Shown here: positions 9,275 through 17,821 of the stretch, piece after piece
Layout of the letters: the number at the start of each line of letters is the position of its first letter
Numbering within the stretch: the first letter of the stretch is position 1
Translations under genes and position numbers: made by a program
Notes under the pieces: model-generated
Seen by the model: the letters and a program-made list of their open reading frames with translations, nothing else
What the model was told of the DNA's origin: nothing
Database searches by the model: none
NCBI GenBank assembly: GCA_016699425.1
Contig: CP064975.1
Span: 194,979-258,978, forward strand
Length of the DNA stretch: 64,000 nucleotides
From: Candidatus Moraniibacteriota bacterium
GTDB lineage: Bacteria; Patescibacteriota; Minisyncoccia; Moranbacterales; UBA1568
Direction: 5' to 3'

Positions 9275-9950
9275 CGAAGCTGCTTGACTGAGTAACCAAC
9301 AATAAACAACCTACAACAGAATTGGAATGCATTTTTGTTGTGAGTAGAAAGTTGTCGGTTGTCGGTTAAAGCATTTAGCTTTTTCACAGTTTGAATCCGA
9401 GGTAGAAGACATCAAAGGTATTTTCGTCTTTGAAACAACGATAAGAAATCAATCGCATCACGGCGGTCCTTTCTTTCACTTTACGGTGGAAAAAAGGAAC
9501 AAGCTGACTCATTTCGGTGGAGTCCGACATCTATCAAAGGTTGTCTGGATAATACCGAGGGAAGTAAAAGTTGTGAGTTTCGTAGAGAGTAATCTCAATG
9601 AATTAAGGTAACGTTCGACTGACGTCATGTGCACCATGAGCGTTAGTGTCTCGTAAGAGACTAGGACACATCAAGTCTGTTGTCGGTTAAGTCGTAAAGA
9701 CTGCGCGCAGCGCCGACAGTAAGTTGATGGACGCAGGGGAAGATCCTGTTGCCTTAATGAGATAAAGTTATGAACCTGAACCGGGTTCATGCTTTCTACG
9801 AAATTCATGATGAGTAACACCCGTAGAGACTAAACGTCAGCATGGATAGTGGTGATGATGAAGGGTTTGGAAATTCATCTAATTTCTAACATCTAACATC
9901 TATCATCTCTCCATAAGCTATAGTCCAATGCATCGAGCAATCGGTGGTAC
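9275..9950 (+). other. ~680-nt intron-like insertion in 23S at the I-CreI/I-CeuI homing-site position (E. coli ~2593), no intact ORF
   Basis: 23S reads GGTACGTGAGCTGGGTTCAAACCGTGAAG up to ~9270 and resumes ...GGTGGTACCATGCGTGAGACAGGTTGGTTTCCTATCTGC at ~9950. The equivalent E. coli sequence GGGTTTAGAACGTCGTGAGACAGTTCGG is contiguous. No ORF of 60 aa or more lies inside. Confidence 0.55.
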
Positions 9951-10098
9951 CATGCGTGAGACAGGTTGGTTTCCTATCTGCTGTAGGCGTTAAGTGACTT
10001 GAGAGAACTCTTTCCTAGTACGAGAGGACCGGAAAGAACGAACCTCTGGTGTGCCTGCTGTCCTGCCAAGGGCACCGCAGGGTAGCTATGTTCGGGCA

Positions 10099-10131
<33 letters not shown>

Positions 10132-10512
10132 GAGCTCAAGATAAGGTCACGTCCCTCACCAATTTTGTGCAGCGCAAGGCGCAAACAAAAACCTCGTTTA
10201 AATCTATTGAGATGACCGTCTCAATAACTGGACGAGAAGTGCATAACGGAAAAGTTATGGCGCAAAATTGGTGAGGGAGGAAGTCCTGGAAGATGACCAG
10301 GTTGATAGGTTGCAGGTGTACGCCCTGTGAGGGGTTCAGCCGAGCAATACTAATACGATTCCATACCACTTTCATTTGTATTCAGTTGGCGGTGAAGAGT
10401 GCTTGAAAAGCCCTCTCGTCTCCATTGCAGTCTTACAACTTTGCAGCTTCATTTCAAACCAGAGTTTCTGGCCCGCCTCGCGTCGATAAGCAGCGCGAGT
10501 CGAGGTGGGTGC

Positions 10513-10555
10513 CTCTAGCGACCGGGAAACACCCGATACCTTTCTGAACTCGATG
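10513..10555 (+). repeat. partial duplicate of 5S rRNA 5' half
   Basis: CTCTAGCGACCGGGAAACACCCGATACCTTTCTGAACTCGATG versus 5S CTTCTAGCGAAGTGGAAACACCCGATCCCTTTCCGAACTCGGCAG. Confidence 0.6.
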
Positions 10556-10565
10556 TTTGAAAAAA

Positions 10566-10681
10566 TAGTTCTCGGTGCTTCTAGCGAAGTGGAAACACCC
10601 GATCCCTTTCCGAACTCGGCAGTTAAGCACTTCAGCGCCGATGGTAGCCTCCGGGCAAGAGTAGGCCAGTGCCGAGAACTA
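10566..10681 (+). rRNA. rrf: 5S ribosomal RNA
   Basis: Helix I TAGTTCTCGGTGC / GTGCCGAGAACTA. Internal CCGAACTCGGCAGTTAAGCACTTCAGCGCCGATGGTAGCCTCCGGGCAAGAGTAGGCCAG matches 5S consensus (CCGAACUCAGAAGUGAAAC...GCGCCGAUGGUAGUG...GAGAGUAGG). Confidence 0.8.
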
Positions 10682-10710
10682 TTTTTTCAAAGTCAGCGTC
10701 CCGCCAGGGC

Positions 10711-10741
10711 GGGATAGCCTCCGGGCAAGAGTAGGTCGGCC
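10711..10741 (+). repeat. partial duplicate of 5S rRNA 3' half
   Basis: GGGATAGCCTCCGGGCAAGAGTAGGTCGGCC versus 5S CGATGGTAGCCTCCGGGCAAGAGTAGGCCAGTGCC. Confidence 0.6.
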
Positions 10742-11044
10742 TGTCCGAAACGCTTCGCGTAGCGATGCGGGCGGGTGCCAGTCTGCCTGCCGGTAGGCAG
10801 GGAACCCTGAGTTGAAATGAATCCGATCCTCCACGAAACAGGAATGCTGTGGTGAGGTGGGAGTGGACAGAAGTTTTGCTTGCAGCAGGCAGATCTTAAT
10901 TGCTTAGGGTCCGGTGAGATTCGACACCAACGGACCAAAGGCCCAGAGTAAGTGCCTGCCCATAATAGCGAAACGGATAGGCCCTCCCCCTCGCCTCTCC
11001 AGAGCATTTCTTCACAACACTGAGCCTCATTTCGATGGGGCTTT

Positions 11045-11055
11045 TGTGTTATAAT
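11045..11055 (+). promoter_or_regulatory. extended -10 promoter (TGtTATAAT)
   Basis: TGTGTTATAAT at 11045-11055, about 25 nt upstream of ATG 11080. Confidence 0.4.
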
Positions 11056-11079
11056 GGGCTTGATTTCGAATCTTTCCCC

Positions 11080-11931
11080 ATGTTGACCTTCACCCGCGAT
11101 ACCAAGCGTCTGACGATTGTCGTCGTGTATCTCCTCATCTTGCTCCTTATGGGTGCGGGGATATTTTTCATTTTCAAGCCGAAAGCGACCTGCTTTGATA
11201 GCGTGCAAAACCAGGACGAACAGGGTGTGGATTGCGGCGGTATCTGCACCAATGCGTGTGTTGCCCGGATCGTGGGCAATGACCTCCTTGTGCGAGAGAT
11301 TACGTTTATTCCAACCGATCGAGGCCGGTATGATGTTATCGCGCGCGTCTTTAATCCGAACAACGATATCGGCGCGTCGAGTTTCCAATATTCGCTCCTG
11401 TTGCGTGATGCAGCGGGCAAAGAGGTTGGTCGGGTGCAGGAGACGAGCTTTATCTTGCCGCAAGAAACGAAAACTTTGCTTGCGTTCAATCTCGAACCGG
11501 CGCAAGTCCCGACCAAGGCGGTCGTTGAACTGTCGGATTTCCAATGGGCGCGCCTGCGAGAACACCGGGCCAAGCCGGCCCTCAACATCTATGGTAAGCG
11601 CTATGTCGAACATCCGAATGAGGCTGCGTTCGGGGCGGTGATGGGGACACTCGTCAATGAGAGTACCTATGATCTCCGGAAGATCCAAATCAAGGTGGTG
11701 CTGCGTGATGCGGCGGGCACACCACTGGCCGCCAATCAGACCGAAATGCAGACAGTCAATGTTGGCCGCGAAATGGATATCATCCTGCCATTCCCACAGT
11801 CCTTCGCCGGCACCGTCGCTCAAGTGGATGCTGAGGTAGAAGCGGATATTTTCGATAGCGAAAATTTCATCCAGCGCTATGATGTCCCTGAAGACACTCC
11901 CTCGAGGACTCCTGGGGGGCAAGGCCTATGA
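11080..11931 (+). CDS. hypothetical membrane-anchored extracytoplasmic protein, translationally coupled to the downstream SEDS gene
   Basis: Internal ATG of ORF 11035..11931 lies downstream of the -10. N-terminal TM LTIVVVYLLILLLMGAGIFFIF, then a beta-rich soluble domain. Stop overlaps the next start (ATGA at 11928-11931). The long antisense ORF 10693..11922(-) is rejected. Confidence 0.6.
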   Translation: MLTFTRDTKRLTIVVVYLLILLLMGAGIFFIFKPKATCFDSVQNQDEQGVDCGGICTNACVARIVGNDLLVREITFIPTDRGRYDVIARVFNPNNDIGASSFQYSLLLRDAAGKEVGRVQETSFILPQETKTLLAFNLEPAQVPTKAVVELSDFQWARLREHRAKPALNIYGKRYVEHPNEAAFGAVMGTLVNESTYDLRKIQIKVVLRDAAGTPLAANQTEMQTVNVGREMDIILPFPQSFAGTVAQVDAEVEADIFDSENFIQRYDVPEDTPSRTPGGQGL

Positions 11932-13061
11932 GGAGTGCCCTCGCTCAACTCGCTCGCACGGATGCAGTCTTGGTATCGGCGGCCTTGCTCCTCACGAGCA
12001 TCGGACTGCTCGCTCTCTATAGTTTCTCGGAGACCGTGTCGGGCAATGTCTATTTCGGTAAGCAGCTCGCAGTGGCGGTCGTCGGCGTCGGACTAATGTT
12101 TTTCATCGGGACGCTTGATTATCGTCATTTTGCGCGGATGAGTACACTTCTGTACTTCGTGACGATCGCGGTTCTCCTTGTTGTGCTCTTCCTCGGAGCT
12201 GAGATTCGTGGTACGGTCGGCTGGCTCGCTCTCGGGGGCTTCCAGATCCAGCCAGTGGAATTCGCGAAACTCGTCTTGGTGGTTTTCCTTGCAAGCTTCA
12301 TCTCGAAGAAACACTCGGAACTCGGTGAGTGGACGAGGCTCATTGCATCACTGTTCCTCTCGGCGCTGCTCATCCTCCTCGTCTTGCGGCAACCCGATCT
12401 CGGATCGGGCCTTGTGTTGGCTTTCATCTGGTTATCCATGATCGTCGTCTCGGGTATCCGCTGGAAGCATGTGTTTGTGCTCGGCCTCCTCGGCTTGGCC
12501 CTCCTCGGCACGAGCTGGTTTTTCCTCGCGGACTACCAGAAAGCGCGACTCCAGACCTTCCTCGATCCGGAACTTGATCCAAAGGGGAGCGGCTACAATG
12601 TCCTCCAGTCGATGGTCGCTGTGGGGTCGGGTGGGCTTTCGGGAAAGGGTATCGGTCATGGATCGCAGTCACAGCTCAATTTCTTACCAGAAAGGCACAC
12701 TGACTTCATCTTTGCGGTTATTTCAGAGGAACTCGGACTCATTGGGGGTGGGCTGATTCTCTTCCTCTACGGACTCCTGCTCTATCGGATCATGCGGATT
12801 GCTCAGGTGGCGCGAGACAATACCGGGTACCTCATCGCGGTGGGGATACTCGCCCTCTTTTTCGTCCATATCCTCATCAATCTGGGTATGAATATGGGGT
12901 TTCTACCGGTCACGGGGTTGCCGGCCCCCTTCCTGTCGTATGGTGGGAGTGCTCTGTTAGCGTTTTTCCTGGAATTGGGTCTCCTCCTCTCGGTATACCG
13001 CTATCGTGAAGAACGCCCCGACCGTGTAGTCTCACTCGAATATCAAGGCCTCGATTTATAG
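11928..13061 (+). CDS. SEDS-family peptidoglycan glycosyltransferase (RodA/FtsW)
   Basis: Multi-TM protein with SEDS signatures GSGYNVLQSMVAVGSGGLSGKGIGHGSQSQLNFLPERHTDFIFAVISEELGLIGG. Confidence 0.85.
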   Translation: MRSALAQLARTDAVLVSAALLLTSIGLLALYSFSETVSGNVYFGKQLAVAVVGVGLMFFIGTLDYRHFARMSTLLYFVTIAVLLVVLFLGAEIRGTVGWLALGGFQIQPVEFAKLVLVVFLASFISKKHSELGEWTRLIASLFLSALLILLVLRQPDLGSGLVLAFIWLSMIVVSGIRWKHVFVLGLLGLALLGTSWFFLADYQKARLQTFLDPELDPKGSGYNVLQSMVAVGSGGLSGKGIGHGSQSQLNFLPERHTDFIFAVISEELGLIGGGLILFLYGLLLYRIMRIAQVARDNTGYLIAVGILALFFVHILINLGMNMGFLPVTGLPAPFLSYGGSALLAFFLELGLLLSVYRYREERPDRVVSLEYQGLDL

Positions 13062-13121
13062 CCTGACCAAGCCTTATTTCTCATCACGGATTGACTCAGA
13101 ATCGTATTTCTGATAGCATAG

Positions 13122-13148
13122 AAAGGCTTTAAAAAGCCTTTTTTGTAT
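13122..13148 (+). terminator. rho-independent terminator after SEDS gene
   Basis: AAAGGCTTTAAAAAGCCTTT hairpin followed by TTTTTTG. Confidence 0.55.
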
Positions 13149-13206
13149 TTCTCAATGGAGAAAGACAGTTGGCTAACATGATTTCGACCGCGTATATTCT
13201 TTCGCT

Positions 13207-13443
13207 ATGAGAGCATCACTCATCGCTCAGGCTGTGGTTGCTATTCTTCTTACGGTATCAATTCTTCTCCAGAACCGCGGTTCGGGACTGGGGAGTGCCT
13301 TCGGGAGTGATTTCGGTGGTTATTACACCAAACGTGGTTTTGAGCGTTTTCTGGTCTATGCGACCATCGGCTTGGCGGTAGCGTTTTTCGTCCTGGCCAT
13401 GATCAATGTCCGTCTCTCAACGGTTTCTTCTACTGGCCTCTAA
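13207..13443 (+). CDS. secG: preprotein translocase subunit SecG
   Basis: 78-aa two-TM protein. ILLQNRGSGLGSAFGSDFGG motif is typical of SecG. TTGGCT-18-TATATT promoter-like sequence upstream. Confidence 0.75.
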   Translation: MRASLIAQAVVAILLTVSILLQNRGSGLGSAFGSDFGGYYTKRGFERFLVYATIGLAVAFFVLAMINVRLSTVSSTGL

Positions 13444-13484
13444 TCTGTAACCATACGAGTATCTCACCCTTACTCCCTGTATCG

Positions 13485-15164
13485 TTGCGCCGTCTCGTAG
13501 CCTGGAAAGGGATCTACCATGCCCTTTCGACACGAGACCGGATCATTTTTTTTGTTCTCTCGGTAATGGCAACAGGCGCCTTCCTGTTCTGGCTTTGTGC
13601 TGGATACCTGGCCCTGACACAATCGGTGCCTGATTTCGGCGGACAGTACATTGAGGGAGTCGCCGCACAGCCGCGCTATATCAACCCGATCCTCTCACAG
13701 ACGAGTGACGCCGATGCCGATCTTGCTCAACTGCTCTATGCGGGCCTTTTCCGCGACGGTGATACGGGGAATGTCGAAAAGCATATCGCGAGTGATTATC
13801 AGGTGTCCGAGGACGGTCGGACGTACACGGTGTTCCTCCGCCCCGGGGTGCGTTTCCACGACGGCGAAGAACTTACCGCGGACGATGTCGTCTTCACCGT
13901 CCGCTCGATCCAGGATCCGGCATACAAGAGTCCGCTCCGGGCCAATTGGCAAGGAGTGGAGGCAGCCGCGACCGACCCGTATACCGTTGTTTTCACCCTG
14001 AAAAAGCCTTACTTTGGTTTTCTCGAGAACCTCACCGTCGGTATCCTCCCGAAGCATATCTGGGAAGATATCGCTCCAGACAATTTCACCCTTGCGGATT
14101 ACAACCTATCGCAGCCGATCGGATCGGGACCGTACCAGTTTGATGAGATAGACAAGGATTCGCAAGGGAATATCCTCTCGATCCGGCTCCGATCGAATGC
14201 GGAGTATTTTGCCGGGGTGCCCTATATCGATCGGGTGACCTTCCGTTTCTATTCGGATGAAGACAGCCTCATCGCGGCCTATGATCGCCAGGAAGTGATG
14301 GGGATGCATTCGGTGAGCTATGAACGAGCCCAAGCGGTGCTCGCCAAAAAGGCCACCCGGCTCTACGAATTTCCGCTCCCTCGATTGTTTGCGGTGTTCC
14401 TCAATACGAACAAGAGTGAAGCGCTCGCTTATGATGAGGTGCGTGAGGCATTGGCACTGGCGACAGATCGTCAGCACATCATGGCGGAAGCCCTCCAGGG
14501 GCATGGGATCGTGACATCAGGACCCTTCCCGCCGTTTGTTCAGGGGTATGGCGCGGCGGAGATCTCCTTCGATGTTACCCGGGCCAACGCATTGCTCGAC
14601 GAGCATGGCTGGAAACTCGAGGAAAATGGCATCCGCACGAAGAATGGGATCTCGCTCACGTTTGAATTGGCCGTGCCGGATTGGACTGAGCTCATGCGGA
14701 CAGCCGATATGCTGAGTGAGGGCTGGCAGGCGATCGGTGTCCGGGCAGAGGTGAAGGTCCTCTCGCAGGCAGATCTCCAGCAGGACATCGTCCGTCCGCG
14801 AGAGTATCAGGCACTCCTCTTCGGTCAGGGGAGTATGCTCGATCCGGATCCGTACTCGTTCTGGCATTCGAGTCAGAAGAATGATCCGGGACTGAATCTC
14901 GCCTTCTACGAGAACAAGGAAGTTGACGGATTGCTGACCGATGCCCGTGAGATGCTCGACCCGGAGCGACGGCGAGAGACCTTTCAGCGGTTCCAAGCGA
15001 TCATCGCAAGTGAGCACCCGGCGGTTTTCCTCTACAGTCCGAATTACCTGTATGTCGTTTCGGATGCCGTCCAAGGTATCGAGGTTCATCCGATCAATTT
15101 CTCCTCCTCTCGGCTCTCAGATATCACGACTTGGTATATCGAGACAAAGCGAGTGAAGAAATAA
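13485..15164 (+). CDS. ABC transporter substrate-binding protein, family 5 (oligopeptide/nickel type), membrane-anchored
   Basis: N-terminal TM, then SBP_bac_5-like motifs YTVFLRPGVRFHDGEELTADDVVFTVRS...YKSPLRANW...FTLKKPYFGFLENL. Confidence 0.8.
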   Translation: MRRLVAWKGIYHALSTRDRIIFFVLSVMATGAFLFWLCAGYLALTQSVPDFGGQYIEGVAAQPRYINPILSQTSDADADLAQLLYAGLFRDGDTGNVEKHIASDYQVSEDGRTYTVFLRPGVRFHDGEELTADDVVFTVRSIQDPAYKSPLRANWQGVEAAATDPYTVVFTLKKPYFGFLENLTVGILPKHIWEDIAPDNFTLADYNLSQPIGSGPYQFDEIDKDSQGNILSIRLRSNAEYFAGVPYIDRVTFRFYSDEDSLIAAYDRQEVMGMHSVSYERAQAVLAKKATRLYEFPLPRLFAVFLNTNKSEALAYDEVREALALATDRQHIMAEALQGHGIVTSGPFPPFVQGYGAAEISFDVTRANALLDEHGWKLEENGIRTKNGISLTFELAVPDWTELMRTADMLSEGWQAIGVRAEVKVLSQADLQQDIVRPREYQALLFGQGSMLDPDPYSFWHSSQKNDPGLNLAFYENKEVDGLLTDAREMLDPERRRETFQRFQAIIASEHPAVFLYSPNYLYVVSDAVQGIEVHPINFSSSRLSDITTWYIETKRVKK

Positions 15165-15278
15165 TTTTAAATCCCTAATCTCTAAACGATTTCCAAGGAT
15201 ACGATTAAAATTCTCAGACTGAAGAATCAAGTTATTGTTTGAGAATTGAAAATGTATCATTGCTAATTGGATGCCCCT

Positions 15279-16307
15279 ATGACACACCCTCTGGATACGA
15301 GCAATCTCCGACAGATGATCCTTGATGGCCCTGACCAGCTCCGGGCCGGTTTTGAGATCGCGAAAGACATCCGAGTCGAGGGGAAGTTTCGGTCGATTGA
15401 GATTTCTGGTATGGGAGGCTCGGCCTTGCCGGGCAATCTTTTCCGTGTCTACCTCAGCGACCTCGCCCGTCGAAAAAAGGAAATAACCCCCCGGCTCTCT
15501 ATTTTTCAAAATCGCTTTTATACACTTCCTCATGAGGCCTATGATGAGTGTCTGAATTTCTTCTGTTCTTATTCGGGGAATACCGAGGAAACCATCAGTT
15601 CTTTCGAGGAGGCTTTGGCACATGGACTACCCTGCATCGCTCTCTCGGGTGGCGGGAAGATTGAAGCCATGGCTCAGCAGTATGGAGTACCGCATGTGAA
15701 GCTCCCTGTTCCGTCAGAAAACTTTCAGCCACGGATGGGGACGGGGTACTTCTTTGGTGCGATGTTCCAAATCCTCGTCAATCAGGGGCTGGTGCCGGAT
15801 ATGACGAGTGAGCTCTTGGACGAAGCAGCCGCGGTCAAGCGGGCACTGGGATCGATCGAAGAACAGGGGAAAGCCTTGGCCTTGAAAATGGCGGGAAAAA
15901 CGCCGGTCATCTACACTTCGACGAGGTATAAGTCGGTGGCCATGATCTGGAAGATCAAGCTGAATGAGAATGCAAAAACACCCGCCTTCTGGAATTTCTT
16001 TCCTGAGTTGAATCACAACGAAATGGTGGGCTGGACTCTGCCGCAGGGTCAGTTCTACGTCCTCATGCTGCGCGACGTGGATGATCACCCGGCGAACCTG
16101 AAGCGCTTCGCGGTTACCGCCGACTTGCTCCGGAAGCAGGGGGTCGAAGTTGAAGTCCTTGACATGGATGGGGAAACCGTCTATACTAAGATGTTTCAGA
16201 GTATCGCGTTGGGCGACTTTACTTCGTACTATCTTGCCCTTGGATATGGCCAGGACCCCACTCCGGTGGAAATGGTCGAGAAGCTCAAGGGACTCTTGGT
16301 AGACTGA
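15279..16307 (+). CDS. bifunctional phosphoglucose/phosphomannose isomerase (archaeal-type SIS-domain PGI/PMI)
   Basis: SIEISGMGGSALPGNLF and a SIS-domain layout. ATG at 15279 (ORF-track start 15267 is TTG). Confidence 0.7.
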   Translation: MTHPLDTSNLRQMILDGPDQLRAGFEIAKDIRVEGKFRSIEISGMGGSALPGNLFRVYLSDLARRKKEITPRLSIFQNRFYTLPHEAYDECLNFFCSYSGNTEETISSFEEALAHGLPCIALSGGGKIEAMAQQYGVPHVKLPVPSENFQPRMGTGYFFGAMFQILVNQGLVPDMTSELLDEAAAVKRALGSIEEQGKALALKMAGKTPVIYTSTRYKSVAMIWKIKLNENAKTPAFWNFFPELNHNEMVGWTLPQGQFYVLMLRDVDDHPANLKRFAVTADLLRKQGVEVEVLDMDGETVYTKMFQSIALGDFTSYYLALGYGQDPTPVEMVEKLKGLLVD

Positions 16308-16323
16308 TTGCGTGAAATAGTCT

Positions 16324-17385
16324 ATGTACAGTGTTATCCTCTGTGGCGGATCCGGTACTCGGCTCTGGCCGCTTTCCCGGAAGAATCATCCGAAACAATT
16401 CCTGAAACTCTATAGTGAGCATTCGCTGCTCCAAGAGACTTATCTCCGCATGCGCAAGCTCATGCCGATGGAGCGGATTTGCTTTGTGACCAATCAGGAC
16501 GGCTTCTCCAACGTGTTGGAACAGATCCATGAGATCGATGCAACCTTCGAGGCAAGTCAGGTTATCATCGAACCGAAGAGTTTGAATACTGCTCCGGCGA
16601 TGGCCTGTGCGGTTAAATACCTCCAGTCTGAGAAAGGTATTGGGATGGACGAGAAGGTGCTGTTTCTCCCATCTGACCACTATATTGGAAATGTCGAGAG
16701 CTATCTCGCGACTCTCAAAACGGCCTTTGATAGCGTCGGGGAGAGCGTCGGGACGATTGGCATTCGAGCACTCACCCCCGAGACTGGGTATGGCTACATC
16801 AAGATTGGAGTGCCGGAGGATAGTCACTTCCACGTCGTTCAGTTCTGTGAGAAGCCCGACAAGGCGGTCGCCATGGAGTATGTGCAATCGGGTGAATATG
16901 TTTGGAATTCGGGGATGTACCTCATGAGTATCGAGACCTTCATCCGGGAGGTACAACAGCATGCTCCGGAAATCGCGGCTGGCATGACAGGGACGTGGGG
17001 CTCATTCGTCGAAGGCTTCGATAATTTGCCCTCCATCTCGTTCGATTATGCAGTTTCGGAAAAATCATCCTCGGTCATCGCCTTTGAAGGTGATTTCGGG
17101 TGGAGTGATATCGGATCATTTGACTCCTTGGCAGAGATCTCGGGCGGGACACGCGCTGAAACCCGACATATCGGTATTGATTCGGACAATGTCTTTGTCC
17201 ATAGTGCGAGCGATCGACTCGTCGCGACTATCGGTGTCGACAATCTGGCTATCATCGAGACTCCGGACAGCATCCTCGTCTGCCGTCGTGGACGGACAGA
17301 AGAGGTGCGGAAAATCGTCGAGACACTCAAGACGAGTGGCGCCCGCGAGATCGAATACACGCATGATGAGGACAAGTGTTGTTAG
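16324..17385 (+). CDS. mannose-1-phosphate guanylyltransferase (ManC/GDP-mannose pyrophosphorylase, nucleotidyltransferase domain only)
   Basis: N-terminus MYSVILCGGSGTRLWPLSRKNHPKQF is a classic ManC signature. Confidence 0.8.
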   Translation: MYSVILCGGSGTRLWPLSRKNHPKQFLKLYSEHSLLQETYLRMRKLMPMERICFVTNQDGFSNVLEQIHEIDATFEASQVIIEPKSLNTAPAMACAVKYLQSEKGIGMDEKVLFLPSDHYIGNVESYLATLKTAFDSVGESVGTIGIRALTPETGYGYIKIGVPEDSHFHVVQFCEKPDKAVAMEYVQSGEYVWNSGMYLMSIETFIREVQQHAPEIAAGMTGTWGSFVEGFDNLPSISFDYAVSEKSSSVIAFEGDFGWSDIGSFDSLAEISGGTRAETRHIGIDSDNVFVHSASDRLVATIGVDNLAIIETPDSILVCRRGRTEEVRKIVETLKTSGAREIEYTHDEDKCC

Positions 17386-17585
17386 TAGTCTGGAAAATGC
17401 TGTGCTGATTGGGAATAGTCGCGTTGTGTGCTACTATGATACGGATTGTGACTCTTCATTCAGGATTTCAGGTAGTACCGTAACGGATCGAGATCAGTTC
17501 CCTCGGGGCCAGGGTTCCTGGTAGGCAGAGGGGTTCTTCAATACAATATTTAGGTGTCGCCTCTTCGAACAGAAGGACGAAAGAG

Positions 17586-17669
17586 GCCGAGATGGCGGAA
17601 TTGGTAGACGCACTAGCTTCAGGTGCTAGCGCTCGCAAGAGCATGGAGGTTCGAGTCCTCTTCTCGGCA
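17586..17669 (+). tRNA. tRNA-Leu (anticodon CAG)
   Basis: GCCGAGA acceptor, D-loop GGAATTGGTAGAC, anticodon stem CTAGC/GCTAG with loop TTCAGGT, long variable arm, T-arm GGAGGTTCGAGTCCTC, acceptor 3' TCTCGGC, discriminator A. CCA not encoded. Confidence 0.8.
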
Positions 17670-17720
17670 CAGAAAAGGGTGCTCTCGTGAAAACGAAAGC
17701 CACCAAAACTTTTACAGAGT

Positions 17721-17750
17721 TTTTGCCCGCCTCGGGCGGGTGCACTTTTC
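17721..17750 (+). terminator. rho-independent terminator after tRNA-Leu
   Basis: GCCCGCCTCGGGCGGG hairpin followed by TGCACTTTTC. Confidence 0.5.
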
Positions 17751-17821
17751 AGTAATAATTTATTATCCTTTTAATTTGACAGCGGAAGACGTTTGTCTTC
17801 TCGTTGTCTCACTCATGCACT

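Noticed and set aside
10750-11030. Structured 300-nt region after the 5S (hairpins GCCTGCCGGTAGGCAGG, GGTCCGGTGAGATTCGACACCAACGGACC)
   Set aside because: No match to conserved ncRNA motifs that I could recognise. Most simply the 3' external spacer of the rRNA operon.
10693-11922. 409-aa minus-strand ORF
   Set aside because: It extends ~340 nt into the rRNA 3' flanking region and is antisense to a plus-strand gene that has a promoter, a TM anchor and translational coupling to the SEDS gene. It is a long shadow ORF in GC-rich sequence.
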